A stretch of 64,000 nucleotides of DNA from positions 3,034,226-3,098,225 of the forward strand of contig CBDEHK010000001.1 of the NCBI GenBank assembly GCA_965238305.1, read 5' to 3'. The stretch comes from Alphaproteobacteria bacterium (GTDB lineage: Bacteria > Pseudomonadota > Alphaproteobacteria > GCA-2731375). The stretch's first letter is position 1, and each line of letters starts with the position of its first letter. This document shows positions 40,237 to 50,187 of the stretch, piece by piece. The notes under the pieces were generated by a model. The model saw nothing but the letters and a program-made list of their open reading frames with translations. It was not told the origin of the DNA and ran no database searches. The position numbers and the translations under genes are program-made.

Positions 40237-40744
40237 CTGCGACCAAGGGTCCTTTGGATCCGCGACCGACGCGAATGCGAATTTCCTGACCTGGTTCCAA
40301 ATCATCTAGGCCAAAACGACGCAAGGTTTCAATATGGATGAAAATATCCTGACTGCCCTCGCCCTCAGTTACAAAACCATAACCCTTGGTCCGGTTGAAC
40401 CACTTCACCGTAACGTCAAGGGTATCGCCTTCCGCCTCGACCGCCGTGAAATTCGCATTACTACTGGGACGAGGTTCAGAACTTGGTTTGATAGCGGTGG
40501 AGATATCCAATTCGATTATCCGCTGTGCCTGAAGACCGCGGTCCCGTTTGACCGCTTCACAAACCACTGTTGTTCCTTCATGAACAAGCTGAACACCCGC
40601 TTCTCGCAAAACGGTTTTGTGTAGCAAAACGTCTCCTGCATCGGTTACGATAAAACCGTAACCTTTCACAGAATCGAACCATTTTACCGGACCACGTGCA
40701 ATAACGCCTTCTTCCGGATCTTCGTCTACTGATTCCATACTCAT
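40223..40744 (-). CDS. cold-shock protein with two cold-shock domains
   Basis: Two copies of VKWF(D/N)xxKGYGF(I/V). GGAAG RBS before the ATG at 40744. Confidence 0.85.
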   Translation of the reverse strand: MSMESVDEDPEEGVIARGPVKWFDSVKGYGFIVTDAGDVLLHKTVLREAGVQLVHEGTTVVCEAVKRDRGLQAQRIIELDISTAIKPSSEPRPSSNANFTAVEAEGDTLDVTVKWFNRTKGYGFVTEGEGSQDIFIHIETLRRFGLDDLEPGQEIRIRVGRGSKGPLVAEISD

Positions 40745-40931
40745 CGGGCTTCCAACTAACCTGCCGAAAAGAAACCTTAGCACGAATCACCAATTCTGGC
40801 CAAGTGAGGAATGCTAACAAACGTCTATAAGCCACTCAGATACTTTAATAATATTGAGGACTAGCAATATTATGCGCCGCTGATTAGTCTGGCGCCCAAT
40901 TAGCAGCCTATTTAGACCACAGTTTAAGGGG

Positions 40932-41486
40932 ATGGCGTTGAACGAGACGGCTGACATAAAGCGAGCCGACGATGAAGAGGCTAAAGCCCAAGCGATGCAG
41001 GGCCATTGGCTTCGTCACACTATCAGCCTCACTGTTTTGTTGACGATCGTTTGGTTGCTTTTATCCGGACATTACACGCCGCTTATTCTGTTTTTTGGCG
41101 CCGCTTCCGTTGCTTTGACCGTTTTTATTTCGATCCGCATGGATTTGTTGGATTTTGAAGGTTTGCCGTCCCATATCGCTTGGCGGACGGTAGTGTTTTA
41201 CTGGCCATGGTTGATTTTGGAGATCGTGTTGGCGAATGTTGACGTGATAAAGCGGATCCTTTCGCCGGAATTGGATATCCAACCGACGGTTTTTACTGCT
41301 GAGGCAAGTCAATCGACAGACCTTGGGATGGTCATCTACGCCAATTCGATAACCCTCACACCCGGTACTGTATCGATTGACCTTAATCCGGGTCAGATTG
41401 AAGTCCACGCCCTTTCGACGGCTGGTGCGGAAGGAATTCTTGCAGGCGAAATGGATCGCCGCTGCAGCGAATTGGACAAGGCTTAG
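40932..41486 (+). CDS. mrpE: Mrp/Mnh antiporter subunit E
   Basis: MnhE signature NSITLTPGT and TM helices. Confidence 0.8.
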   Translation: MALNETADIKRADDEEAKAQAMQGHWLRHTISLTVLLTIVWLLLSGHYTPLILFFGAASVALTVFISIRMDLLDFEGLPSHIAWRTVVFYWPWLILEIVLANVDVIKRILSPELDIQPTVFTAEASQSTDLGMVIYANSITLTPGTVSIDLNPGQIEVHALSTAGAEGILAGEMDRRCSELDKA

Positions 41487-41492
41487 ATCGCG

Positions 41493-41795
41493 ATGGAAGT
41501 ACAATTCGACAGTGCGATGTTTGATGTGACTGCGATTGCGCTCCTGATTGCAATGGGCTTGGCATTGGCGAGAGCATTTCTCGGACCGACGGTGTTTGAT
41601 CGGGTGCTGGCGGTCAATAGTTTCGGGACCAAAACCGTTGTGTTGATTGCCGTCCTAGGGTTTGTGATGGGTCGACCGGATTTTATGGACATCGCACTGA
41701 TTTATGCCTTGATGAACTTTATCGGAACGATTGCAGTATTGAAATTCGTCAAATATGGCGATTTTTCACGGGCCAGTGGAGATAACGAAGGATGA
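41493..41795 (+). CDS. mrpF: Mrp/Mnh antiporter subunit F
   Basis: About 100 aa with 3 TM helices in an MrpF pattern. Confidence 0.75.
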   Translation: MEVQFDSAMFDVTAIALLIAMGLALARAFLGPTVFDRVLAVNSFGTKTVVLIAVLGFVMGRPDFMDIALIYALMNFIGTIAVLKFVKYGDFSRASGDNEG

Positions 41796-42133
41796 GCTTT
41801 GTTGTTGACACGATATCTTGGTTGCTTCTGTTAACGGGGTCTTTCGTCGTCGTTATTGGCGCTTTTGGTCTGATACGAATGCCGGATTTCTACACCCGGC
41901 TGCACCCCGCTGGCGTGACGGACACGTTGGGCGCTGGCTTGATTATTCTTGGCCTTATCTTCCAAGTCGGCTTTAACTTAATCGCCGTGAAGCTTGTTCT
42001 GATTCTTCTTTTTCTATTTTTCACCAGTCCAACATCATCCCACGCAACAGCACGCGCGGCGATGGCGGACGGGCTCAAGCCACTACTTTCTGGCAAGAAA
42101 AATAAATCTTCGGATCAAGACACGTCGGATTAG
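41792..42133 (+). CDS. mrpG: Mrp/Mnh antiporter subunit G
   Basis: RMPDFYTRLHP motif. 4-nt overlap with mrpF. Confidence 0.8.
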   Translation: MSFVVDTISWLLLLTGSFVVVIGAFGLIRMPDFYTRLHPAGVTDTLGAGLIILGLIFQVGFNLIAVKLVLILLFLFFTSPTSSHATARAAMADGLKPLLSGKKNKSSDQDTSD

Positions 42134-42140
42134 TATGTAG

Positions 42141-42722
42141 ATGTTCATACAGTTCATCATAAATATAACCCTTTTGGCATTTATGGGCGCTACGGCAATC
42201 GCAATTCTGCGGGTACGCAACTTATTCGCCGTTGCCATGTTGTCCGGAATTTACAGCTTCCTGGCGGCAACTGTGTTTGTGTTATTAGATGCCGTCGATG
42301 TCGCCTTTACAGAAGCAGCCGTTGGTGCGGGCGTGTCGACAGTATTGATGTTAGGTGCATTGTCTCTCATCGGCGAAAATCGTGAAAAAGTATCCATCCA
42401 TACACCGATATTGCCCTTAATCGTGGTGACTATAACCGGCGTTGCGTTGCTTTATGGGGTTAGCGACATGCCCGCCTTCGCCGATCCGGAGGCCCCAGCG
42501 AATAAACATGTCGCGCCTTATTATTTGGAAGAAAGTAAAAAAGAAATCGGTGTTCCCAATGTGGTGACGTCTATTCTGTCGAGTTATAGAGGCTACGATA
42601 CGTTGGGTGAGACAGGGGTCATATTTACCGCCGGTATCGCTGTCATGTCGTTGCTGGGCGGAACTTTTTGGCGACGCCGGCGACCACGTAAAAAGGAAGA
42701 TCCAACTGGAGACGGAGGATGA
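42141..42722 (+). CDS. MbhD/MbhE-like (DUF4040 / MrpA C-terminal-like) membrane subunit
   Basis: TM protein with a VVTSILSSYRGYDTLGE region resembling MrpA-C/MbhD-E. Confidence 0.55.
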   Translation: MFIQFIINITLLAFMGATAIAILRVRNLFAVAMLSGIYSFLAATVFVLLDAVDVAFTEAAVGAGVSTVLMLGALSLIGENREKVSIHTPILPLIVVTITGVALLYGVSDMPAFADPEAPANKHVAPYYLEESKKEIGVPNVVTSILSSYRGYDTLGETGVIFTAGIAVMSLLGGTFWRRRRPRKKEDPTGDGG

Positions 42723-43156
42723 AGCATCATCGTGTCCTTCGCATCGTTTCAAAGTTTCTTATCCCGTTGATCATGATTTTTGGGCTGTATGTGCAGTTTC
42801 ATGGAGATTATGGACCTGGTGGCGGCTTCCAAGCTGGCGTGATATTTGCGGCCGGCATCATCCTCTATGCGCTTGTATTCGGACTGGATCATGCCATGAA
42901 AGTGGTCCCGCCCCGCATTATTACCAAGTTTGTCGCACTTGGATTGTTGTTGTACACCGGCGTCGGCATTGCCGGGATGCTGCTGGGCGGGGAGTTCTTG
43001 AATTACTCGGTTCTGGGCGCGACCCAACAAAGTGGTCAGCACCTTGGCATTTTATTGATCGAACTTGGCGTTGGCACCACAGTTGCCGCGACGATCACCA
43101 CGATATTCTATTATTTTGCTGGCTATCGCGGTTTGGGCGACGAGGATCAGCCATGA
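42719..43156 (+). CDS. mrpB: Mrp/Mnh antiporter subunit B
   Basis: GGGFQAGVI signature. 4-nt overlap with the upstream gene. Confidence 0.8.
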   Translation: MKHHRVLRIVSKFLIPLIMIFGLYVQFHGDYGPGGGFQAGVIFAAGIILYALVFGLDHAMKVVPPRIITKFVALGLLLYTGVGIAGMLLGGEFLNYSVLGATQQSGQHLGILLIELGVGTTVAATITTIFYYFAGYRGLGDEDQP

Positions 43157-43509
43157 ATTTGATCATCGCTCACTATAATTACTGGATCGTGATCCTGCTG
43201 ATGATGCTCGGTTTTTATATCGTCATCGCACAAGGTAATCTGATTAAGAAACTGATTGGTTTGAACCTCTTCCAAACCTCTGTCTTTCTGCTTTATATTT
43301 CTATCTCGAAAGTTGAAGGCGGAACCGCGCCGATTTTTGACGATCGTTTCAACGTCTTTTCCAACCCCCTGCCCCACGTTTTGATCCTAACGGCAATCGT
43401 TGTCGGTGTCGCAACCATGGCGGTCGGCCTCGCGTTGATTATACGCATTCGCGATGCCTATGGCACGATCGAGGAAGATGAGATCAATCGACAGGATGAT
43501 ACCCCATGA
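43153..43509 (+). CDS. mrpC: Mrp antiporter subunit C (NuoK-like)
   Basis: 118 aa with 3 TM helices and NuoK/MrpC conserved acidic positions. ATGA overlap with mrpB. Confidence 0.8.
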   Translation: MNLIIAHYNYWIVILLMMLGFYIVIAQGNLIKKLIGLNLFQTSVFLLYISISKVEGGTAPIFDDRFNVFSNPLPHVLILTAIVVGVATMAVGLALIIRIRDAYGTIEEDEINRQDDTP

Positions 43510-44987
43510 TTGTCGATAATCTTCCTGCCATATTGATCATTCTGCCGCTGCTGGGGGCGCCGGTTTGCTTGTTATTAGGGCGCGGTGATTGGTCTTGGGG
43601 GCTCAGCCTGATCGTGACCTGGCTTTCATTTGCGGTCGCCATCGCGCTTTTAATTATCGTCTGGAACGGCGAAGTGATCGAATATCCATTGGGTGGATGG
43701 TCGGCCCCATGGGGCATCGTTTACCGGCTGGACCCGGCGAACGCATTCGTCCTCCTTATCGTCTCCGCTATCAGTGCAATACTACTACCTTACTGTTGGC
43801 GCAGTGTGCAGCGGGAAGTACCGGAAAATCGGCAACATCTATTTTATTCGCTCTATCTACTGTGCCAGACCGGTCTCATGGGTATCGCCATCACCGGCGA
43901 CGCATTTAACGTTTTTGTATTCTTGGAAATTTCCTCACTCTCAAGTTATGCCTTGATTGCACTCGGCAGTCATCGCAAGGCCCTGACGTCCGCTTTCACT
44001 TATCTGATTATGGGGACGATTGGCGCCACCTTCATCCTGATTGGCATTGGCTTGATCTACATGATGACCGGCACCCTTAACATGACTGATATGCATGACA
44101 AGATGGCAGCTATTGGGGAGAAAGCACCAATAATGGCGGCCTTTGCATTCATTACCGTTGGTGTGGTGCTGAAACTTGCGCTCTTCCCACTGCATCTATG
44201 GATGCCTAACGCCTATGCTTATGCGCCAAGTGCGGTCTCTGCCTTTATCGCAGCGACGGCAACTAAAGTGTCGATCTATGTGCTGCTGCGGTTCGTCTTT
44301 ACGGTGTTTGGTCAGGATTTGGCTTTCGGGGCCGCGCCCCTCAATTATGTCCTGATGGTGCCAGCGATCATTGCTATGTTTGCCGGCTCTTTGGTGGCGA
44401 TCTTTCAGACCGACATCAAACGCATGTTAGCTTATTCCAGTGTGGCGCAAATTGGTTACATCGTCCTCGCCATCAGTTTAGTCAGTCTCGGCGGCATAAC
44501 GGCCAGTTTCCTGCATATCTTCAATCACGCTTTGATGAAAGCTGCCTTATTTGGCGTTATGGGTTGCATATTTTTTCGCCTATCGTCGGTGCGATTAAAC
44601 GACATGGCTGGTTTGGCGAAAGAAATGCCGTTGACCTTCGCCTGTTTCCTAATTGGTGGGATGAGTTTAATCGGCGTGCCGCTAACCGGTGGATTTATTT
44701 CAAAATTCTATCTTATCAAAGCAACTTTGGAACTTGATTTTTGGTGGCTTAGCTTCTTGATCCTAGCCTCCAGTTTGCTCGCAGTCATCTATATCTGGCG
44801 CATTGTTGAAGTGATGTATTTCAAACCGGCCCCTGAAGGCCGGGTGCCAGTGAAAGAAGCGCCACTATCAATGCTGATCCCGACCATTATCCTGGCGGCG
44901 GCAAATATTTATTTTGGAATCGAGACTAGCTTGCCCATAGGCGTATCGGAAGCGGCAGCTAAAGCATTGTTAGGAGGGGCATGGTGA
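43506..44987 (+). CDS. mrpD: Mrp antiporter subunit D (NuoN/M-like antiporter-like subunit)
   Basis: Proton_antipo_M fold (LHLWMPNAYA...). Confidence 0.85.
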   Translation: MIVDNLPAILIILPLLGAPVCLLLGRGDWSWGLSLIVTWLSFAVAIALLIIVWNGEVIEYPLGGWSAPWGIVYRLDPANAFVLLIVSAISAILLPYCWRSVQREVPENRQHLFYSLYLLCQTGLMGIAITGDAFNVFVFLEISSLSSYALIALGSHRKALTSAFTYLIMGTIGATFILIGIGLIYMMTGTLNMTDMHDKMAAIGEKAPIMAAFAFITVGVVLKLALFPLHLWMPNAYAYAPSAVSAFIAATATKVSIYVLLRFVFTVFGQDLAFGAAPLNYVLMVPAIIAMFAGSLVAIFQTDIKRMLAYSSVAQIGYIVLAISLVSLGGITASFLHIFNHALMKAALFGVMGCIFFRLSSVRLNDMAGLAKEMPLTFACFLIGGMSLIGVPLTGGFISKFYLIKATLELDFWWLSFLILASSLLAVIYIWRIVEVMYFKPAPEGRVPVKEAPLSMLIPTIILAAANIYFGIETSLPIGVSEAAAKALLGGAW

Positions 44988-46450
44988 ATAGCGCGATCCT
45001 CATGCTCTGGGCGATTGCCATACCGTTGATTGCAGCGGTCATTATTCCGCTTTTCCACGAACATCCTAATCGCCGTGAAGGCGTTACTTTGATTGCAACG
45101 GCGATCTTATTTGCAGTCGTTTTGGTGTTGATAACCGGCGATAACCGGTTTGAGTTCGCCCGCATAGAACTTATTGAGCCGATCCCCAATATTGCCATCG
45201 CTTTCCGTTTGGAACCATTGGGGGCGATTTTTGCCGCTGTCGCGTCATTATTATGGATCGTCAGTTCATTGTTCGGGATCGGTTATATGCGCGGCAATAA
45301 TGAGCCGCGACAGACCCGTTTTTACATTGCATTTGCGATCGCCATCGGCAGCACCATGGGCATTTGTTTTGCCGGCAATCTGCTGACTTTGTTCATCTTC
45401 TACGAAGCGCTGACGATTTCGACTTATCCTCTGGTTGCCCATCACAAGAACGATGAAGCGGTTAAGTCCGGCCGTACCTATCTCGGCATTTTGATGGGCA
45501 CATCAATTGGGTTTTTGCTGTTCGCGATAGTTATCACTTATGTCGAAACCGGGACGTTGGATTTTGTCGACGGCGGCATCTTGTCCGGACGGGTGACGCC
45601 GTTCACAGGAAGTGTGCTGTTGTTGTTATTCATGTACGGCGTCGGTAAAGCTGCCTTGATGCCGCTCCACAGATGGTTGCCGGCGGCGATGGTCGCGCCG
45701 ACCCCAGTGAGCGCACTTTTGCATGCCGTTGCGGTCGTGAAAGCGGGTGTTTTCTCCGTCGTGAAAATTGCCGTCTATGTCTTTGGCGTCGATTATCTAC
45801 GCGAACTTTCAGCTTCTTCGATCATTCTTTATGCCGCTGGTTTCACTATTATTATCGCTTCCATTGTTGCGCTTCGTCAGGACAATTTGAAACGACGCTT
45901 GGCCTATTCGACGATCAGTCAGCTTTCCTATGTCATTTTGGCCATGTTCATCCTGACGCCGATGTCGACAACTGGCGCGGCGTTACATATTGCTGTCCAC
46001 GCCTTCGGCAAAATCACCCTTTTTATGGCAGCCGGCGCGATCTATACAGCAGCCCACAAAACTCTGGTCAGTCAGTTGGACGGAATTGGTAAACGTATGC
46101 CTTGGACGATGACGGCCTTTGCCGTCGGATCCCTTTCGATGATCGGCGTGCCGCCGGCTGCGGGATTTCTGAGTAAATGGTATATGTTGCTCGGCGCGTT
46201 AGAGAGCGAACAGATTTTCGCTATTGGCGTCATCGTGATTTCGACATTGCTGAATGCGGGATATTTTCTACCGGTCGTTTATGCTGCATTTTTGAAACCG
46301 GAAAAGATCGATAGCAATCATCCCGTGGAACATGGCGAAGCGCCAATATTTATTGTCATCGCCCTAACCGCAACCGCGATCCTTACAGTCTTACTGTTTC
46401 TGTTCCCTGGATTTGTCTTGGAACTGGCAAAAAATGTCGCCGGGGGGTAG
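44981..46450 (+). CDS. second MrpD/NuoM-like antiporter-like subunit
   Basis: LHRWLPAAMVAPTPVSALLHAVAVVKAGVF is a NuoM/MrpD hallmark. Confidence 0.85.
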   Translation: MVNSAILMLWAIAIPLIAAVIIPLFHEHPNRREGVTLIATAILFAVVLVLITGDNRFEFARIELIEPIPNIAIAFRLEPLGAIFAAVASLLWIVSSLFGIGYMRGNNEPRQTRFYIAFAIAIGSTMGICFAGNLLTLFIFYEALTISTYPLVAHHKNDEAVKSGRTYLGILMGTSIGFLLFAIVITYVETGTLDFVDGGILSGRVTPFTGSVLLLLFMYGVGKAALMPLHRWLPAAMVAPTPVSALLHAVAVVKAGVFSVVKIAVYVFGVDYLRELSASSIILYAAGFTIIIASIVALRQDNLKRRLAYSTISQLSYVILAMFILTPMSTTGAALHIAVHAFGKITLFMAAGAIYTAAHKTLVSQLDGIGKRMPWTMTAFAVGSLSMIGVPPAAGFLSKWYMLLGALESEQIFAIGVIVISTLLNAGYFLPVVYAAFLKPEKIDSNHPVEHGEAPIFIVIALTATAILTVLLFLFPGFVLELAKNVAGG

Positions 46451-46461
46451 AGGATATAGTC

Positions 46462-46728
46462 ATGTCAGATAACTCGTTGCATGAAGACAAACACTGGCTT
46501 ATCCGCCCACAAATCATCAGGTTATTGTGGCGAATTGGCCTATTTGTATTATTGCTTACCGTCCTCGCTGCCCTGACATATGAAGCGCATCCCTATTTCG
46601 GCTACGATGGCTGGTTCGCCTTTTATGCAACTTTCGGCTTTTTTTCCTGCGTGGGCATGGTGTTTTTCGCTAAATTCCTAGCTGTCTTTTTGAAACGCCC
46701 AGACGACTATTACGAGAAGGATCAATAA
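46462..46728 (+). CDS. small two-TM membrane protein of unknown function
   Basis: 88 aa, positioned between the large antiporter-like genes. Confidence 0.4.
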   Translation: MSDNSLHEDKHWLIRPQIIRLLWRIGLFVLLLTVLAALTYEAHPYFGYDGWFAFYATFGFFSCVGMVFFAKFLAVFLKRPDDYYEKDQ

Positions 46729-46731
46729 GCG

Positions 46732-48411
46732 ATGCCGATCCCTCCCGCACTCATTATGTTCCTGGGCGCATTGATCATCGCTTTGTTGCGCGGGCCCCAG
46801 CGCAGTATCGTGGCGATGATTATCCCGATCCTGACACTGGCGACCATTTGGACCGTGCCGGATGGGGAAGTCATCAGTTTCACCTTCCTGGAGTATATTA
46901 TTGTCCCCTTGGAAGGGGATAAATTGTCGCGGTTGTTTGCCAGTATTTTCTCCCTCATGGCCTTCGCCGGTGCAATGTTCGCAGCAAAACAAAAAGAGCG
47001 GATGGAATTGCCAGCGGCGTTTGTCTATTCCGGGGCCGCGATCGGGGTCAGTTTAGCGGGCGATCTGATCACGATGTTCGTCTTTTGGGAGATTATGGCA
47101 GTCGCCTCGACGTTGGTGATCTGGTCGGCCCGTACCAAACAAGCCGAAAGCGCATCGTTGCGTTACGTCTTAATTCATCTGTTTGGTGGTGTGATCCTGA
47201 TGATCGGTGTTGTCGGGCAAGTGCTGGAAACAGGATCGACGGAATTTGGCGCCGTTCATCTGGAAAGTTTTTCTAGTTGGTGCATGCTGGTGGGTTTCCT
47301 GATCAATGCCGGCGCTCCGCCCTTCTCCGCTTGGCTTCCGGATGCTTATCCAGAAGCGTCCTTTTCTGGCATGGTGTTTCTATCCGCTTTTACGACAAAA
47401 ACCGCGGTTTATGTATTGATCCGAGCTTTTCCAGGCACGGAAGTCTTAATCCCCATCGGCGTCTTTATGATTTTCTATGGCATCATTTATGCGCTACTGG
47501 AAAATGATATGCGGCGAATATTGGCCTATTCCATTATCAATCAGGTCGGCTTCATGGTCACAGGAATTGGCATCGGCGGAGAGATGGCGCTGAATGGTGC
47601 GGCGGCCCATGCCTTTACCCACATAATATATAAAGCCTTGTTGTTGATGTCGGCGGGGTCGGTGATGATGATGACCGGCGGGGTGCGGAAATGTTCCAGT
47701 CTCGGTGGCTTATTTCAGTCCATGCCCTATACCGCAACAATGGGCATAATCGGGGCGTTGGCAATTTCCTCATTTCCTTTTACGTCCGGATTTGTGTCGA
47801 AGTCGATGATCACGCAGGGTGCGATTGATGCCCACATGATGTGGGTTTGGCTGGCTTTGGCCGCCGCATCAGCCGGTGTCTTCCTGCATGCGGGCATTAA
47901 ATTCCCCTGGTTTGTCTTCTTCCAGAAAGATTCCGGCTTGCGTCCGTCGGAGCCGCCGTGGAGCATGCGGATCGCCATGGGGCTATTTGCCTTTCTTTGC
48001 ATCGCCATAGGCGTTTACCCCGATCCCCTTTATGCATTGCTGCCTTATGCCGTAAATTACGTACCTTATACAGTTGGTCACGTGGTCGAGATGCTGCAGC
48101 TCTTATTATTCTCAGGCCTCGCCTTCTTCCTGTTTTTGCCATATATGAAGCGAACGTTGACACTTACCCTCGATTTGGACTGGTTTTATCGTCGTTTGTT
48201 CAAGAACCTCTTTAAGGATGCGGCGGCCCAGGCAGGTAAAGCTCATGCGACCTCCTGGACCGATGGTGAACTGCGGTTGAGGCAGTTGATTGCGCGAATA
48301 TCCCGCCATCACGGCGAACAGGGCATATTGGCCCGGACCTGGCCGACCGGCAGTATGGTGCTATGGGCGGCCGCATTATTAGGCGGCTATCTAATCCTTT
48401 ATTATCGGTGA
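46732..48411 (+). CDS. MrpA/NuoL-like antiporter-like subunit (short form)
   Basis: AWLPDAY motif. 559 aa, so it lacks a long MrpA C-terminal extension. Confidence 0.85.
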   Translation: MPIPPALIMFLGALIIALLRGPQRSIVAMIIPILTLATIWTVPDGEVISFTFLEYIIVPLEGDKLSRLFASIFSLMAFAGAMFAAKQKERMELPAAFVYSGAAIGVSLAGDLITMFVFWEIMAVASTLVIWSARTKQAESASLRYVLIHLFGGVILMIGVVGQVLETGSTEFGAVHLESFSSWCMLVGFLINAGAPPFSAWLPDAYPEASFSGMVFLSAFTTKTAVYVLIRAFPGTEVLIPIGVFMIFYGIIYALLENDMRRILAYSIINQVGFMVTGIGIGGEMALNGAAAHAFTHIIYKALLLMSAGSVMMMTGGVRKCSSLGGLFQSMPYTATMGIIGALAISSFPFTSGFVSKSMITQGAIDAHMMWVWLALAAASAGVFLHAGIKFPWFVFFQKDSGLRPSEPPWSMRIAMGLFAFLCIAIGVYPDPLYALLPYAVNYVPYTVGHVVEMLQLLLFSGLAFFLFLPYMKRTLTLTLDLDWFYRRLFKNLFKDAAAQAGKAHATSWTDGELRLRQLIARISRHHGEQGILARTWPTGSMVLWAAALLGGYLILYYR

Positions 48412-48845
48412 TGGTGTCGACAGTGGTCGCCTACCTGAATTTTCACATCTTTGCGGCGTTGCTGAATGGGTTGGCACTAGGTTCAATGATATTTTTCGCC
48501 GCCATCGTGACGCCAAGTGTTTTTAAGGCTTTGGAAGGCGAGCATCGAAGTCGTTATCTGGAAACAATATTTCCGCTCTATTTTCGCGCGATGGCCGGAT
48601 TGGAAGCTATTGCCGGGATATTGATTATCTATCGGATAGAAGGTTGGGCCTTGTTAGCCGTTGCCGCCGCATTCATGTTTTCCGACCAAGCCCTGCGGCC
48701 AACCATTAATCGGCTTCGCGCCGGCCATTATGCTGGCGATGCGGACACAAGTGTGCGATTTAAGAAGATGCACCGCCTCAGTGTGCTCATCAATCTGGCG
48801 CAAATTTTTATCTCTCTGATTGTTTTTTTCCGTTTAGCTGTCTAG
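48411..48845 (+). CDS. four-TM membrane protein (DUF4149-like), translationally coupled
   Basis: Its ATG overlaps the upstream TGA stop (tgATGg arrangement), so the two genes share 1 nt (48411). The 144-aa hydrophobic start is inferred inside listed ORF 48363-48845. Confidence 0.5.
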   Translation: MVSTVVAYLNFHIFAALLNGLALGSMIFFAAIVTPSVFKALEGEHRSRYLETIFPLYFRAMAGLEAIAGILIIYRIEGWALLAVAAAFMFSDQALRPTINRLRAGHYAGDADTSVRFKKMHRLSVLINLAQIFISLIVFFRLAV

Positions 48846-48875
48846 AACCAAACCTCAACTCAATTCGAAGGAATT

Positions 48876-49502
48876 TTGACAATGGATATGACCGGCGAAT
48901 ACCGCATCAAAGCCAGCCGCGAACAGGTTTGGGCCGCCCTCAATGATCCAGAAATCCTGAAACAGAGCATACCCGGTTGCGATAGTCTCGAACAAACCTC
49001 TGATAATGCTTTTGCCGCCACTGTGACAACCAAAGTAGGTCCGGTGAAAGCCAAATTCAAAGGCGAAGTCGAGCTTAGCGATATCGACCCGCCCAATGGC
49101 TATACAATCTCCGGTGAAGGCAAAGGCGGCGCTGCGGGATTTGCCAAAGGCGGTGCAAAAGTAAAACTTGAGCAAGACGGCAGCGAAACTATTCTTTCTT
49201 ATGAAGTTAACGCCAATGTTGGCGGTAAAATGGCTCAGTTGGGTGCTCGCCTCATCGATGGTACGGCAAAAAAACTATCGGCGGAGTTTTTCCAGAAATT
49301 TGCCGAACTAGCGGAAGCGTCAGAAGAAGCTGCGGCAGCAGATATGAAGCCAGAAGTAGTGGCACCAGCAGCAGAACAAATAACCGATGAACACGTGCCG
49401 CTGGAAATGCGTGAAAGCGCAAACTGGAATGGCTTGCCATCCTGGATATGGATTGGTGGAGCTATTGTCGCGGTCGTTATCGTGTTGTGGCTCGCGACCT
49501 AA
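48876..49502 (+). CDS. coxG: CoxG (SRPBCC) with C-terminal transmembrane anchor
   Basis: SRPBCC/CoxG fold. C-terminal LPSWIWIGGAIVAVVIVLWLAT helix. Confidence 0.8.
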   Translation: MTMDMTGEYRIKASREQVWAALNDPEILKQSIPGCDSLEQTSDNAFAATVTTKVGPVKAKFKGEVELSDIDPPNGYTISGEGKGGAAGFAKGGAKVKLEQDGSETILSYEVNANVGGKMAQLGARLIDGTAKKLSAEFFQKFAELAEASEEAAAADMKPEVVAPAAEQITDEHVPLEMRESANWNGLPSWIWIGGAIVAVVIVLWLAT

Positions 49503-49675
49503 CCTTTATGTGATATCTCCCGCTAATTTAATGTCTATGCTTGACGTCGCGCCCACATTCTTCGAGACTGTTAGGCAAGGAGCGACTTTTGAGGGCAATG
49601 AAGCGTTTTCATGCTATTGATTAAGTCTAATAATCTCCGACTTGAAAGCTAAAACAAAAAAAAGGGAGGATCGGT

Positions 49676-50143
49676 ATGCCATCGGTTTCTATGACCGTGA
49701 ACGGGCAATCCGTCACGAAAGACGTAGAGGAACGCACACTCCTCGTTCAATTTCTTCGCGAAACACTTGCTCTCACCGGCACCCATGTCGGTTGCGATAC
49801 CAGTCAATGCGGCGCCTGTGTCGTCGACGTGAATGGGAAAGCGATTAAATCATGTACGGCGCTAGCGGTCATGAATGATGGGGCGGACGTGACCACGATC
49901 GAAGGGCTTGCCAATGGTGCTGAATTGCATCCAATGCAGGAAGCTTTCCGCGATAATCATGGCTTGCAATGCGGTTTCTGCACACCGGGTATGGTGATGA
50001 CCGGGATCGACATGGCCAATCGCCATGCCAGCCTGGACGAAGCAACTGTACGCCAGGAATTGGAAGGTAATATCTGCCGCTGCACCGGTTACCACAATAT
50101 TGTCAAATCGATATTGGCGGGCGCTGAAGCGATGCGCGGTTAG
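49676..50143 (+). CDS. coxS: Mo-hydroxylase small subunit (2x [2Fe-2S])
   Basis: CDTSQCGAC ferredoxin-type motif and CRCTGY second-cluster motif. AGGGAGG RBS. Confidence 0.9.
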   Translation: MPSVSMTVNGQSVTKDVEERTLLVQFLRETLALTGTHVGCDTSQCGACVVDVNGKAIKSCTALAVMNDGADVTTIEGLANGAELHPMQEAFRDNHGLQCGFCTPGMVMTGIDMANRHASLDEATVRQELEGNICRCTGYHNIVKSILAGAEAMRG

Positions 50144-50187
50144 ACCAAACCTACGGAATTCAACCATTCAAAAAGGGGAGAAATGCC

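Noticed and set aside
42607-43509. 300-aa ORF rich in Cys, Trp and Arg
   Set aside because: It is out of frame with well-supported mrpB (GGGFQAG) and mrpC genes covering the same bases. It is an artefact of the GC-rich third positions in those genes.
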